DNA of 64,000 nt from the NCBI GenBank assembly GCA_017985935.1, contig JAGNWT010000001.1:32871-96870 (forward strand). Direction: 5' to 3'. How positions within the stretch are numbered: the first letter of the stretch is position 1; each line of letters opens with the position of its first letter. Shown here one piece after another: positions 1 through 10,363 of this stretch. The position numbers and the translations under genes were made by a program. A model generated the notes under the pieces. The model did no database searches. It was not told where the DNA came from and saw only the letters and a list, made by a program, of their open reading frames with translations. The stretch is from Anaerolineales bacterium. GTDB lineage: Bacteria; Chloroflexota; Anaerolineae; Anaerolineales; Villigracilaceae.

Positions 1-1055
1 ATCCTTCCGTCGCTCACTGCCACCTTGGCATTCTTCAAGAAGTATTCGTAGGGCGATCCATCCAAACCCAGTTGAGAAAAATCCAGCCAGCCAAGATAGG
101 TGGCATCGGGAATCGTAACGCGGACCTCCGGCATGTATTGAGTGACATACTCCGAAATAAAGTCGCGATTGCCGGTCAGATAGCGCAGCAAATCCCTGAG
201 CCAGCCGTCACATTGACCGGAAAAAGCTGCCTCAGCAGCGTACAACCCCGAACTGCCGACATGCAGGCGCAGTTTCCCAACCTCCTGCTCATATCGCTTA
301 CGCAGGTCCTCGTTGGGGATGACCGCAAATCCGCAAAATAACCCGGGGACATTGAATGTCTTGGAAGGCGAAACAAGGGTGATCGTATGTTTCGCGATCT
401 CGGCTGAAAGTTTCGCCATCGGCGTGAACTTATTCCCATCCAAAATCAACTCTGAATGGATCTCATCTGAAACGATAAGTACATCATTCTTTATGCACAG
501 CTCCGCCATTTTCAACAGGTCTTTACGCGAGTAGATAATGCCGAGCGGGTTATGAGGGTTGCACAGCAGAAACATGCCTGCCTTCTTGACCTGTTTTTCA
601 AAAATATCCCAATCGATCTCATAGCTCAAGACATTGCCATTGACACGCCTAACCAGCGGAGCATCCAATTGCGGGACACCAAGATTGGTCTTCACTTCGT
701 GGAACTCGTTATAGACCGGCGTCTGCACCAGTACCCCGCGCTTTGGCGTGCAAGACATGCGCGCAGCGACGCTGAACCCACTGACAATGCCCGTCACCGC
801 AACCACCGATTCGGGCTTAACCTTCCAACCGTACAGCCTGTCCATGCGTGCGGCAACAGTCTCAAGCAAAGCAGGGGTTGGCATCTCGTATCCCATCACA
901 CCATGATCGATCGCCTTGTGTAGTTTCGAAAGGATCGGCTTAGGCGCAGGGAAATCCATATCTGCCACCCACATGGGTAAAACATCCTTTGGGTACCTCA
1001 GCCACTTGATAGAGTTTGAATTACGGCGGTTGGGAATATTATTGAAGTCTGTCAT
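1..1055 (-). CDS. MalY/PatB family PLP-dependent cystathionine beta-lyase/aminotransferase (3' end runs off the window)
   Basis: Not in the ORF track; translated by hand from ATG at 1055: MTDFNNIPNRRNSNSIKWLRYPKDVLPMWVADMDFPAP, PLP-lysine motif SPSKTFNVPG, and PDATYLGWLDF. Confidence 0.9.
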   Translation of the reverse strand, partial: MTDFNNIPNRRNSNSIKWLRYPKDVLPMWVADMDFPAPKPILSKLHKAIDHGVMGYEMPTPALLETVAARMDRLYGWKVKPESVVAVTGIVSGFSVAARMSCTPKRGVLVQTPVYNEFHEVKTNLGVPQLDAPLVRRVNGNVLSYEIDWDIFEKQVKKAGMFLLCNPHNPLGIIYSRKDLLKMAELCIKNDVLIVSDEIHSELILDGNKFTPMAKLSAEIAKHTITLVSPSKTFNVPGLFCGFAVIPNEDLRKRYEQEVGKLRLHVGSSGLYAAEAAFSGQCDGWLRDLLRYLTGNRDFISEYVTQYMPEVRVTIPDATYLGWLDFSQLGLDGSPYEYFLKNAKVAVSDGR

Positions 1056-1442
1056 ATTTTCCTTCTGATTTTTATAGGCTACGATCATTACCTTCCGCAT
1101 GGATGCAAGCGAAACGACCCATCTTTGTCGGCCATGACGAGGCAGATGAACCCCGCAAGCCATCGGTGGTATTGACCGTTAATTTTTCCAGCGCCAATTT
1201 TACTGCCTTCTACATATTTCACTTGCTCAAGACCGGGCAATTTTTGCATCCGTGCGGAACAGATATTAACATAATTTCTTCAAGCATCAGAACGACCAAA
1301 ACCGCAATTTACAGCATTTTATTTGAACGAACAAAACCGTTTCCCTGCCCATCCAAAACCATTATTTGCTGTTAGAATAACCGAGAAAGTCCAAAAGGGC
1401 TTTTTTGTTGCAAGTACAAAACGCAAGGATACATATTCGTAC

Positions 1443-2630
1443 ATGAAATATAACTTCAACTTATTCTGGCGCACCTTCTACCGTTCATTCTTCGCCTCAA
1501 AAAATACAACCGCCCGCCTTACCCGCAAACGCTTGACCTTTCTTACGCTCTTCTACCTGGTCTGGCCGGCTGGCATGCTCATTCACTGGTTCTTCTTCTG
1601 GTTGGATGACATTCTCTTCCCTGCATACAAAACTCATCCCGTTGAAAAGCCATTATTCATTCTTGGCAATTTACGCAGCGGATCGACCTTCCTGCACCGC
1701 CTGCTCTCGCGCGATTCTCAAACCTTTACCAGCCTCACCACTTGGGACATCTACCTGACGCCATCGGTCACCCAAAAGAAGATCACCCAATTCATCGCCC
1801 GGCTCGATACCCAATATTTCAACCGCGTACTTCATCGCCTGCTGCACAAATTTGACGATGCCACACTCGGCAAGATCAAAATTCATCCCATTTCATTTTT
1901 CCAGCCGGAAGAAGATGAGAATATTCACCTGCTGATCTGGGACGGCTACTTCGTCACATTCCTCTTCCCCTTCATGGACGAAATGCCAAACTACCAGCAA
2001 TTCGATGAGGCGCTCTCCCCGGCTCACAAGCGCCGCATCATGACCTTTTACAGGTCCATGATCCAGCGGCACATGTATGCCACGGGTAAGAAATATTTTG
2101 TGGCGAAGAATCCAGCCTTCAGTGCAAAGATCGAAACGCTGGTTGAATTTTTCCCCGATGTCCGCATCATTTATCTGGCTCGCAATCCGCTTGACATGCT
2201 TCCATCCACCATTTCGTGGATCAACTATGCCCGCCGTCAATTCACCGACCCGAAACCCGGCTATCATTACATCAACGAGATCGTGGAATTGAGCAAATAC
2301 TGGTATAGTCACCCGCTCAGCTATCTGGACGCTCATCCCTCGCCCCGCCACCTGATCCTGAAATACGACGACCTGATCCAACGCCCCGAAGCGGTCATTC
2401 GCGGATTCTATGAGCAGTTTGGCTACCCCGACAAGCCCGGTCTGCCCATCATCATCGACCAGGCAGTCAAAGAGACCATGACCTTCAACAGCGACCACAC
2501 CTACTCCTACGAAGAAATGGGCTTTACCCGCAGGCAGATCGTGGAAATGTACCCCGAGATCTTCAAACGCTTCAACTTCGAGACCCGTGAAGAGGAAGTC
2601 GCCACCAGTGTGCGGGTGGAGTACAAGTAG
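1443..2630 (+). CDS. Sulfotransferase family protein
   Basis: PAPS-binding loop PLFILGNLRSGSTFLHRLL, plus YLARNPLDMLPS and LKYDDLI motifs. Start placed at ATG 1443 (track start 1323). Confidence 0.8.
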   Translation: MKYNFNLFWRTFYRSFFASKNTTARLTRKRLTFLTLFYLVWPAGMLIHWFFFWLDDILFPAYKTHPVEKPLFILGNLRSGSTFLHRLLSRDSQTFTSLTTWDIYLTPSVTQKKITQFIARLDTQYFNRVLHRLLHKFDDATLGKIKIHPISFFQPEEDENIHLLIWDGYFVTFLFPFMDEMPNYQQFDEALSPAHKRRIMTFYRSMIQRHMYATGKKYFVAKNPAFSAKIETLVEFFPDVRIIYLARNPLDMLPSTISWINYARRQFTDPKPGYHYINEIVELSKYWYSHPLSYLDAHPSPRHLILKYDDLIQRPEAVIRGFYEQFGYPDKPGLPIIIDQAVKETMTFNSDHTYSYEEMGFTRRQIVEMYPEIFKRFNFETREEEVATSVRVEYK

Positions 2631-2645
2631 ATCACAATCAACCAT

Positions 2646-2680
2646 CAAGAGACCTGCCAACAGGTCTCTTTTTATTTACA
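2646..2680 (+). terminator. Intrinsic terminator after the sulfotransferase
   Basis: AAGAGACCTG-ccaa-CAGGTCTCTT followed by a T tract. Confidence 0.65.
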
Positions 2681-2718
2681 GTTTCTCTGATTTTCACAAG
2701 CCAGAAGTGGAGTTTGAA

Positions 2719-2727
2719 TGGTATAAT
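2719..2727 (+). promoter_or_regulatory. Extended -10 promoter element for gyrA
   Basis: TGgTATAAT about 110 bp upstream of the gyrA start. Confidence 0.5.
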
Positions 2728-2837
2728 TGCACTAACCAAATAAACTTCTTTCATCTAATGCAGACACGAAGTTTTCCCTCATCTTCGTGTCTTTTTATGC
2801 CATTTTTCGCAATTTTGACCAACTTTAAGGATATTTT

Positions 2838-5366
2838 ATGGCTGAAGAGAATATCGTCCCAAATAACTTGGGCAACATCGAGAGCATAGACATCGACCAG
2901 CAGATGCGCACTGCCTATCTCGATTACGCCATGAGCGTGATCGTAGCCCGCGCCCTGCCAGACGCCCGAGACGGCTTGAAGCCCGTCCACCGCCGCATCC
3001 TATACGCAATGCACGAATTAGGTATGCGCTCGAACTCCGCTTACAAAAAATCCGCCCGTATCGTGGGCGAAGTGCTCGGTAAATATCACCCGCACGGCGA
3101 CTCAGCGGTCTATGAATCCATGGCCCGCATGGCACAGGACTTCTCCATGCGCTACCTGTTGGTAGATGGTCAGGGCAACTTCGGCTCTGTGGATGGCGAC
3201 TCCCCGGCTGCCATGCGTTACACCGAAGCCCGCCTGCAAAAGATGGCCGAAGAGATGCTGGCAGACCTCGAAAAAGACACCGTAGATTTTGGCCCGAACT
3301 TCGATGACTCTCTACAAGAGCCGCTTGTGCTTCCGGCGCGCCTGCCGAACCTGCTGTTGAACGGCTCATCGGGCATCGCTGTGGGAATGGCAACTAACAT
3401 CCCGCCGCAAAATCTGCGCGAATTGGTCGCCGCCATCAATTACCTGATCGACAACCATGACACCATTGATGACATCACGGTCGATGACCTGATGAAGTTC
3501 GTGCAGGGACCGGACTTCCCCACCGGCGGCATGATCGTCGGCAAAGAGGGAATCCATTCTGCCTACAGCACCGGTCGTGGAAGAATTGTGATGCGCGGCA
3601 TCGCCCACATTGAAGAGACCAAAGGTGGACGATACCAGATCAATATCACCGAGATCCCCTATCAAGTCAACAAATCCTCGCTGATCGAGCGCATTGCCGA
3701 ACTCGTACGTGAAGATAAGATCGATCAGATCTCGGACCTGCGTGACGAATCAGACCAACGCGGAATGAGCATCATCATCGAGTTGAAGCGCGGAGCGCAG
3801 CCCAAGAAAGTCCTTAACCAGCTTTACAAGTACACAGCCCTTCAATCCACGTTTGGCGTGCAAATGCTCGCGCTCGTCGATGGCGAGCCCCGCACGTTGA
3901 CCCTCAAGCGCATGCTGCAGATCTTCATCGAGCATCGCCAGACGGTCATCACCCGCCGCTCCAAATTTGAGCTTGCCAAGGCTCAGGCACGCCTGCACAT
4001 CCTTGACGGTTACCTGATCGCGCTCAACAGCATCGACGCCATCATCAAAGTGATCCGCGAAGCCGAAGATGCAGATGTCGCCAAATCCAACTTAATGAAG
4101 AAATTCAAACTCAGCGAATTACAGGCACAAGCCATTCTTGACCTGCAGCTTCGTAGACTTGCCGCCCTCGAGCGGTGGAAGATCGAAGAGGAGCACAAGC
4201 AAGTCCGCTCTTTGATCGATCACCTTGAAGACCTGCTGGCACACCCAAAGAAGATCCTTGCGCTGATCCAAACTGACCTGAACGAGCTGACTGAAAAGTT
4301 CGGCGATGACCGGCGCACACAGATCTCTGCTGAAGCGAAGGAAGACATCCACGATGAAGATCTCGTGGCAGATGAAGCGGTGTTGATCAGCCTGACCGAA
4401 CGTGGATACATCAAACGGGTTGCTGCGACCGCCTTCAAAGCTCAAAGCCGCGGCGGACGCGGCGTGATGGGTCACACCACCAAGGACGAAGACGAAGTGG
4501 TGATGCTCATTCCCGCCCGCAGTTTGAATACCATGTTGTTCTTCTCTGATAAGGGCAAGGTCTATTCTGAGAAGGTGTATCAGATCCCTGATTCAGACCG
4601 CGCAACAAAGGGCATCCCATTGGTGAACGTGCTATCGCTCGAACCGAACGAAAAAGTGACAGCCGCCATGTCGGTGGGAGATTTCTCCTCTCACAGCTAC
4701 TGCATGTTGATGACCTCACGCGGCAAGATCAAACGCGTGACGATGGAAGAATTTGCCTCTGTGCGTCCCTCGGGCTTGATCGCAATGTCATTGGAAGAAG
4801 GCGACCAATTAGGCTGGGCGCGCCTGACCTCTGGCAAGGATGAGATCATCATCGTCACTGAAAATGGACAAGCCCTGCGCTTTAGCGAGACAAAGGTCCG
4901 TGCCATGGGACGCCAGGCTGCCGGAGTGCAAGGCATTCGTCTTTCAGAAGGAGATGCGGTCACCAGCATGGATGTGGTCGAGAAAGACGGCAACCTGCTG
5001 ATCGTTACGACCAAGGGATTTGGCAAGCAGACCCCGCTCAAAGATTACGCCGCAAAAGGACGCGCAACCGGCGGTATTTCCACGATCGATCAGAAAGCCA
5101 TTGCAGAGATCGGCAAGATCACGGCAGCGCGTGTGGTACAAAACGCAGACGATCTGACCATCATGACCTCCAACGGCGTGACCTTGCGCCTGAAAGTAAA
5201 GGAAGTCAAGCAGTCGGGTAGAGCAACGCGCGGCGTACACCTCATCAAGCCTCAGGAAGGCGACAGCGTAGCCTCTGTAGCGCGCATCTCTGCTGAAGAC
5301 CTCAAGAAGGTTGGAGCGCAGCTAGACAGCCCTGAAAAAGAAGAAACACAACCCAAGTTGGTGTAG
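2838..5366 (+). CDS. gyrA: DNA gyrase subunit A
   Basis: [26 protein letters not shown], catalytic AAMRYTEAR, GyrA-box-like QSRGGRG, beta-pinwheel C-terminal repeats. Confidence 0.97.
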   Translation: MAEENIVPNNLGNIESIDIDQQMRTAYLDYAMSVIVARALPDARDGLKPVHRRILYAMHELGMRSNSAYKKSARIVGEVLGKYHPHGDSAVYESMARMAQDFSMRYLLVDGQGNFGSVDGDSPAAMRYTEARLQKMAEEMLADLEKDTVDFGPNFDDSLQEPLVLPARLPNLLLNGSSGIAVGMATNIPPQNLRELVAAINYLIDNHDTIDDITVDDLMKFVQGPDFPTGGMIVGKEGIHSAYSTGRGRIVMRGIAHIEETKGGRYQINITEIPYQVNKSSLIERIAELVREDKIDQISDLRDESDQRGMSIIIELKRGAQPKKVLNQLYKYTALQSTFGVQMLALVDGEPRTLTLKRMLQIFIEHRQTVITRRSKFELAKAQARLHILDGYLIALNSIDAIIKVIREAEDADVAKSNLMKKFKLSELQAQAILDLQLRRLAALERWKIEEEHKQVRSLIDHLEDLLAHPKKILALIQTDLNELTEKFGDDRRTQISAEAKEDIHDEDLVADEAVLISLTERGYIKRVAATAFKAQSRGGRGVMGHTTKDEDEVVMLIPARSLNTMLFFSDKGKVYSEKVYQIPDSDRATKGIPLVNVLSLEPNEKVTAAMSVGDFSSHSYCMLMTSRGKIKRVTMEEFASVRPSGLIAMSLEEGDQLGWARLTSGKDEIIIVTENGQALRFSETKVRAMGRQAAGVQGIRLSEGDAVTSMDVVEKDGNLLIVTTKGFGKQTPLKDYAAKGRATGGISTIDQKAIAEIGKITAARVVQNADDLTIMTSNGVTLRLKVKEVKQSGRATRGVHLIKPQEGDSVASVARISAEDLKKVGAQLDSPEKEETQPKLV

Positions 5367-5398
5367 AAAAAAGCCCCGGAAATTCCGGGGCTTTTTTC
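5367..5398. terminator. Bidirectional intrinsic terminator between gyrA and the GGDEF gene
   Basis: AAAAAAGCCCCGGAA-at-TTCCGGGGCTTTTTT between convergent genes. Confidence 0.85.
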
Positions 5399-5405
5399 TA
5401 CCTGC

Positions 5406-6182
5406 TCACATCATCGTGATCTGATTCTTGCCAAGATGCTTGGCTTTGTACAAGGCCTGGTCTGCGAACGAGATCAACCTTTCAAGTTTTTGCCCGGTCA
5501 CACCGTTGGCAACCCCAATACTGATCGTAAATTTGATAGCGCCTTTACTAGTCGGCACCTTCAACTGCCCCACTTTGATATTGAGCCGCTGTGCAATTTC
5601 CATCGCCTGTTCGATGCTAGTCTCAGATAAAAGGCAGATAAACTCATCTCCGCCATAACGCACAAAAACATCGGTGGACCTGAACACCGAACGGCAGGTC
5701 TCTGCCAAAAGTTTCAGAACATCATCGCCGGCACTGTGCCCATACCTGTCATTGATCTTTTTGAAATCATCCAGATCGATCAACAGGATGGAAGTATCTC
5801 CAGGCAGTACGGCGTCCTTATCATTTACGGACCGTATTTTATCCAGTAAATAATATCGATTAAATGCCTTTGTTAATTCGTCGTGAATGGACTTGTCATG
5901 CATTTCTTCGCGCATGGAATCCATCTCACCCAGCAGGCTGACCATTTGAAAAAGATGATAAGGCAAAAGTGTGGAGCAAAGAATTAAATTGATCGTCAGC
6001 CCGGTCAACACCTTCCCGCCCATGATCATATTCACGGGAACAATGACCAGCGTCCCCACAAAGAATGCTATCACGCAAGCGATCATAACGGTCCTTGCCA
6101 GTCCAACTTTTTTATAGAGGGCAAACAGATATCTTTGTTCTAAAAAATGAGGCGTGTAGGTCTGAGGATCAACTGTTTTCAT
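5406..6182 (-). CDS. Membrane-anchored diguanylate cyclase (GGDEF)
   Basis: N-terminal hydrophobic helices; IDLDDFKKIND-YGHSAGD; RSTD (RxxD I-site) before RYGGDEF. Start ATG 6182 (track 6215). Confidence 0.88.
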   Translation of the reverse strand: MKTVDPQTYTPHFLEQRYLFALYKKVGLARTVMIACVIAFFVGTLVIVPVNMIMGGKVLTGLTINLILCSTLLPYHLFQMVSLLGEMDSMREEMHDKSIHDELTKAFNRYYLLDKIRSVNDKDAVLPGDTSILLIDLDDFKKINDRYGHSAGDDVLKLLAETCRSVFRSTDVFVRYGGDEFICLLSETSIEQAMEIAQRLNIKVGQLKVPTSKGAIKFTISIGVANGVTGQKLERLISFADQALYKAKHLGKNQITMM

Positions 6183-6287
6183 AGCATCTCCCTTTCTGAA
6201 GAAAACACTGTCCATCGGTTTTGGTTGCAGCTGAGTAGCTGATCACGAATGATCGGGCTTGCACCTTTTTCTAAGACCTTTTTAAAT

Positions 6288-6318
6288 AAAAAAGTGACGG
6301 CACTTGCCGTCACTTTTT
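6288..6318 (-). terminator. Intrinsic terminator
   Basis: AAAAAAGTGACGGCA-ct-TGCCGTCACTTTTTT. Confidence 0.8.
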
Positions 6319-6333
6319 TATAAATCTGTTATT

Positions 6334-6561
6334 TTAGATCCCGATCTTACCAAGCACAAATAACGCCATTGTTCCAATAACACAGACAGCGATCATCAAC
6401 ATGAACGCGATCACGAATCGCTGGAGGGATGTCATTCCCAGAAAGCGCCCGGAACTTCTTCGGGCAGGCTCGGGAGAAATCGTGCCGGCGGCCGATTGGA
6501 ACTTCGCTTCGTCTTCATAGAACGGGGAAGATGCTGCATCATCACGGAGATTATCAAACAT
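6334..6561 (-). CDS. Small hypothetical protein with a C-terminal TM helix
   Basis: 75 aa, GAGG RBS upstream, ends just before the terminator, operonic after birA. Confidence 0.65.
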   Translation of the reverse strand: MFDNLRDDAASSPFYEDEAKFQSAAGTISPEPARRSSGRFLGMTSLQRFVIAFMLMIAVCVIGTMALFVLGKIGI

Positions 6562-6588
6562 ATTGACCTCTACTTTTCACGGAGTATA

Positions 6589-7371
6589 TCACGCACCAGG
6601 CCTCAGGCTGACATCCCCAAAGCGTACTATTACGGATTTGTCATGCGCATCACTCAGGCGCAAACTGCCGTCAGATTCGAGCCCCATTAATGTGCCGGTT
6701 ATGGGAGATTCGCCCCCGGCTTGAACCTGAACCTGCTCCCCACGAAAGGCAAGCTGTTCCTCCCAGGCATGGATCAACTCATCTGAGCCAATGCGTTCGC
6801 GCCAACGAAGGAGGGTGGTCAGGATCTGTGCAAGAAGTTCTTCGCTTGCCGGGGGCAGCGATCCCAATTCATCCTCCAGGCTGGTGGCAGGGAATTGCAA
6901 ATGTTCGGCAGGAGGCACAGATTCTCTATGAACGTTCACGCCCATGCCAATAACCAGCGAATCCACATCCGTGCCAGACCAGACCGTCTCGACCAGAATG
7001 CCAGCCATTTTTTTGCCGCCCAATAAAATATCGTTCGGCCACTTGATGCGCGGATCGAGTCCCAGCTGCGCACAAGATTCTGCAATTGAAAGCGCGGCCA
7101 ACCCAACGGTCCGCGAAAGATGCGGGCGCAGGGCGGCAGAGTGACGCAGGATCAGGCTGAAGGCAAGTCCGCTGCCTTTGGGCGTGAACCACTTTCGGTT
7201 AAGCCTGCCCCGTCCCTGCGTTTGTTCATCTGCAACCACGAGGGAGAGATCGGGAGCGCCTTCCGCCGCCCAGGCAAGCGCCGCATCGTTCGTAGAGCCG
7301 ATCGAATCATAGAAGCGCAATTCGCCGACATTTAATTTTGAGATGGCTTTTTTCAGGGATTGTTTGTTCAT
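6589..7371 (-). CDS. birA: Biotin--[acetyl-CoA-carboxylase] ligase (no N-terminal HTH)
   Basis: STN, EQTQGRGRLNRKW, IKWPNDILL, KMAGILVE motifs. Confidence 0.93.
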   Translation of the reverse strand: MNKQSLKKAISKLNVGELRFYDSIGSTNDAALAWAAEGAPDLSLVVADEQTQGRGRLNRKWFTPKGSGLAFSLILRHSAALRPHLSRTVGLAALSIAESCAQLGLDPRIKWPNDILLGGKKMAGILVETVWSGTDVDSLVIGMGVNVHRESVPPAEHLQFPATSLEDELGSLPPASEELLAQILTTLLRWRERIGSDELIHAWEEQLAFRGEQVQVQAGGESPITGTLMGLESDGSLRLSDAHDKSVIVRFGDVSLRPGA

Positions 7372-7413
7372 GGTGAAAAAAACCTGACAGACTGTGAGCC
7401 TGCCAGGTTTTAT

Positions 7414-8544
7414 TTATTGGACAATGCTGTAAGGGTTGACGTTCGAGCCGCCGATACGAACCTCAAAATGCAAGTGCGCACCGAAGGAATTACCAGTGTT
7501 GCCCGCCGCGCCAATGACGGCGCCCTGCCCCACCGGGGTACACAAGCCAACATTGATCACGCTCAAGTGGGCATAGACCGTGACATAGCCGTTGCCGTGA
7601 TCGATCTGCACTACGTTGCCGTAGCCGTAATTCCATCCGCCCTGCGCCATGGTGACCACGCCTGAGCCGGCTGCAAAGACCGGCTCGCCTTCATTGGCCT
7701 GAATGTCAATGCCGAGGTGACCAGGGCCATAGCCGTTCCCAGAAATGTTATGTGAAGATGCGGGCCAACCGAAACCGCCAGCAACCGGGCCGCCGCCGCA
7801 GGCATTTCCACTGATCTCGCCGGTGCCGGTATCCGCTCCACGCCCGTTGGTGGCAAGGTCTTGCTGCCACTGGCGCAGTTCGCGAGAACCGCCGGGGATC
7901 ATCACGCTCATTCCAGGCTTGATCTCGGGGTCGGTCAAGTCTACATTATTGCCGGGGAAATTGATGATGTCTTCCGGCACTGCATCGAACTTTTCCGCGA
8001 CCGATTCAAAAGTATCGCCATCCTGCCACTCGTAATACAGACCATCCACCGGCGGAATGGTCAACTCCATGCCGGGTTTCAGGTTATGCGGATTATCTTC
8101 CAATTGCGTGTTGACGTAGAGAATGGTTTCAGATTTCAGGTTGTAATCTTCAGCGATCGAAAGCATGGCATCACCGCGCGAAACACGATAGACCACCGAA
8201 TCATACCGGGGTCTTTCGGGGATATTGGTGATCAATTGGAGTTTGCGAGGAATCGCAGATACGGCGCCTCCATCCGCGCTGATAGCGGGTACGCCGGGGT
8301 CAGGCTGACCAACACCGGCAGCACTTGTTGGCTGCACTGAAGGAGCGATCGTGGCCGGCCGCGAGTTCTTGTAGTAAATCGTCGAGCCGATCAGACTCAC
8401 CACGAGCACGACCGTAACGATCCAACTAACGATCGAAAAGCGATCCAGTCTGCCCTTGGTCTGCGGATCAGATTCCGGGTTACGTTCTGTTTTCTTCCCG
8501 AAGGCAGAAAAGAAGGCTCTTATGTTATCTAAAAGTTTTTTCAT
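7414..8544 (-). CDS. LysM-domain M23 family peptidoglycan endopeptidase
   Basis: N-terminal TM helix, two LysM-like repeats, HLGID and HLHFE zinc motifs. Confidence 0.88.
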   Translation of the reverse strand: MKKLLDNIRAFFSAFGKKTERNPESDPQTKGRLDRFSIVSWIVTVVLVVSLIGSTIYYKNSRPATIAPSVQPTSAAGVGQPDPGVPAISADGGAVSAIPRKLQLITNIPERPRYDSVVYRVSRGDAMLSIAEDYNLKSETILYVNTQLEDNPHNLKPGMELTIPPVDGLYYEWQDGDTFESVAEKFDAVPEDIINFPGNNVDLTDPEIKPGMSVMIPGGSRELRQWQQDLATNGRGADTGTGEISGNACGGGPVAGGFGWPASSHNISGNGYGPGHLGIDIQANEGEPVFAAGSGVVTMAQGGWNYGYGNVVQIDHGNGYVTVYAHLSVINVGLCTPVGQGAVIGAAGNTGNSFGAHLHFEVRIGGSNVNPYSIVQ

Positions 8545-8604
8545 TCGTTATCCGTCTGTTGCCCGCACATTACCCGTGTGGACATTCAAGGGCGGGTTTT
8601 GTGC

Positions 8605-9882
8605 CTAAGCATCCTTTGTCAGGTTTTCCAAAAATTCAATATTGTTCTTCGCGCGTTCCATGCGGGTGATGATGGCTTCGGTGGCTACAGAGTTATCCAT
8701 GCCAGCGCCCTGCGGCGGAGGTGAGGTCATCTGAATGAACATACGGCGCATCAGCCAAACGCGTTGGAGAAGATCGGGTCCGAGCAGCAGGTCTTCGCGG
8801 CGGGTGGACGAACGTTCGATATCCACAGCGGGGAAGGTGCGGCGTTCCTGCAGTTTACGCGAGAGGTGCAACTCCATATTGCCGGTACCCTTGAATTCTT
8901 CGTACACCACATCATCAAGGCGTGAGCCGGTATCAACCAGACAGGTGGCGATGATGGTCAACGAGCCGCCTTCTTCCACGTTACGAGCCGCGCCAAAGAA
9001 ACGCTTGGGCGGGTACAACGCGGAGGGATCCATACCGCCGGAGAGTGTGCGCCCAGAAGGGTTGACTGTCAGATTGTAGGCTCGGGCGAGGCGGGTGATC
9101 GAGTCCATTAAGATTACCACGTGACGACCGATCTCCACCAATCTCTTAGCACGGTCTAAGGCAAGCTCGGCTGTGCGAACATGCGAGGTGACTGGCTCAT
9201 CAAATGTGGAAGCAACCACTTCAGCATCTACGGAGCGGTCCATATCGGTCACTTCTTCGGGGCGTTCGCCGATGAGGGCAATAATTAAATGTACGTCGGG
9301 ATATTTGGTTGAGATCGAATTTGCGATCTGCTTCAAAATCGTGGTTTTGCCCGCCTTGGGAGGAGAAACGATCAATCCGCGCTGCCCTCTGCCGATCGGT
9401 GCGATCAGGTTGATCAAACGGGGTGCTAGAGTGTCGTGATCTAATTCGAGGTCAAATCTTGTGTCTGGGAAGATCGGGGTGAGGTTTTCAAAAACGATCC
9501 TGCGTGAGCCGGTCTCTGGTTCGAGCCCATTGATCGATTCAACTTTTAGAAGACCAAAGTGCCTTTCACTTTCACGCGGCGGGCGGACCTGCCCAATGAC
9601 GAGATCTCCGGCTCGAAGGTCATACTTTCTCAACTGCGCCTGCGAAACGTACACATCCTGGTCGCTGATCCGGTAATTGGTTGCCCGCAAGAACCCGATC
9701 CCTTCGCTTAAGATCTCAAGGATACCGCCGCGCAGCTCAATGCCTTCCTTTTGAGCTTCCGCCTCGCGGATCATCATGGCGAGAGACTCTTTTTTCATGC
9801 GGTTGAAATTCGGGATGTTCAGGCTCTTCGCCATGCTGCGCAGTTTCGCCAGCGGTTGGTTCTCTAGTTCTAGTATTTTCAT
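8605..9882 (-). CDS. rho: Transcription termination factor Rho
   Basis: GRGQRGLIVSPPKAGKT, ERPEEVTD, GRTLSGG, EEFKGTGNMEL. Confidence 0.97.
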   Translation of the reverse strand: MKILELENQPLAKLRSMAKSLNIPNFNRMKKESLAMMIREAEAQKEGIELRGGILEILSEGIGFLRATNYRISDQDVYVSQAQLRKYDLRAGDLVIGQVRPPRESERHFGLLKVESINGLEPETGSRRIVFENLTPIFPDTRFDLELDHDTLAPRLINLIAPIGRGQRGLIVSPPKAGKTTILKQIANSISTKYPDVHLIIALIGERPEEVTDMDRSVDAEVVASTFDEPVTSHVRTAELALDRAKRLVEIGRHVVILMDSITRLARAYNLTVNPSGRTLSGGMDPSALYPPKRFFGAARNVEEGGSLTIIATCLVDTGSRLDDVVYEEFKGTGNMELHLSRKLQERRTFPAVDIERSSTRREDLLLGPDLLQRVWLMRRMFIQMTSPPPQGAGMDNSVATEAIITRMERAKNNIEFLENLTKDA

Positions 9883-10176
9883 GTTTTTGTTTTCTCTTGG
9901 TGGGATTGAATTATGAATGCAAAAAGACCAGCATCCCCCTGCAGGGCTGGCAAATTTCCTAGGATGTTGTTAATAAATCAGGGATTTGAGTCAAGGTTAT
10001 CGTTACAGTTCGAGACGCAACACAATTGTGTCGGATGTTTGACAAGGATCGATTGTCAAAGTCTGGGGAGATGGCGAGATTATAGCACTTCCATGCATGC
10101 CATGCAAGTTGATTATTATTTGATTTCATCGTGGAGTATACGATTTTGTAAATTCAACATTTGATTTCGGCGGCTT

Positions 10177-10211
10177 AAAAAACAGAGCCGGAAACCCCGG
10201 CTCTGTTTTTT
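10177..10211 (-). terminator. Intrinsic terminator ending the sqr transcript
   Basis: AAAAAACAGAGCCGG-aaacc-CCGGCTCTGTTTTTT. Confidence 0.8.
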
Positions 10212-10224
10212 GGGTCGACATTAT

Positions 10225-10353
10225 CTAAGACCGTTTGCTTTGATACACAGCGATCAATATCTTGACGTTCAAGACGATGAAGCGCCAGAGTTGATAAAGT
10301 TTAAAGTTCATCCAGAACTTTTCGGCTTTTGAGAATTCTTGTGAGGTATTCAT
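10225..10353 (-). CDS. 42-aa small protein immediately downstream of sqr
   Basis: Below the track threshold; hand-translated MNTSQEFSKAEKFWMNFKLYQLWRFIVLNVKILIAVYQSKRS. GGAG RBS overlaps the sqr TAG stop; ends just before the terminator. Confidence 0.7.
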   Translation of the reverse strand: MNTSQEFSKAEKFWMNFKLYQLWRFIVLNVKILIAVYQSKRS

Positions 10354-10363
10354 TTCGGTTCTC

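Noticed and set aside
2838-5366. Quinolone-resistance variant of GyrA
   Set aside because: The QRDR reads HGDSAVYES, with Ser and an acidic residue at the usual positions.
9883-10176. Long AT-rich leader upstream of rho and the 83-aa plus-strand ORF at 9913
   Set aside because: No recognisable riboswitch; long rho leaders are common; the ORF has no coding signal.
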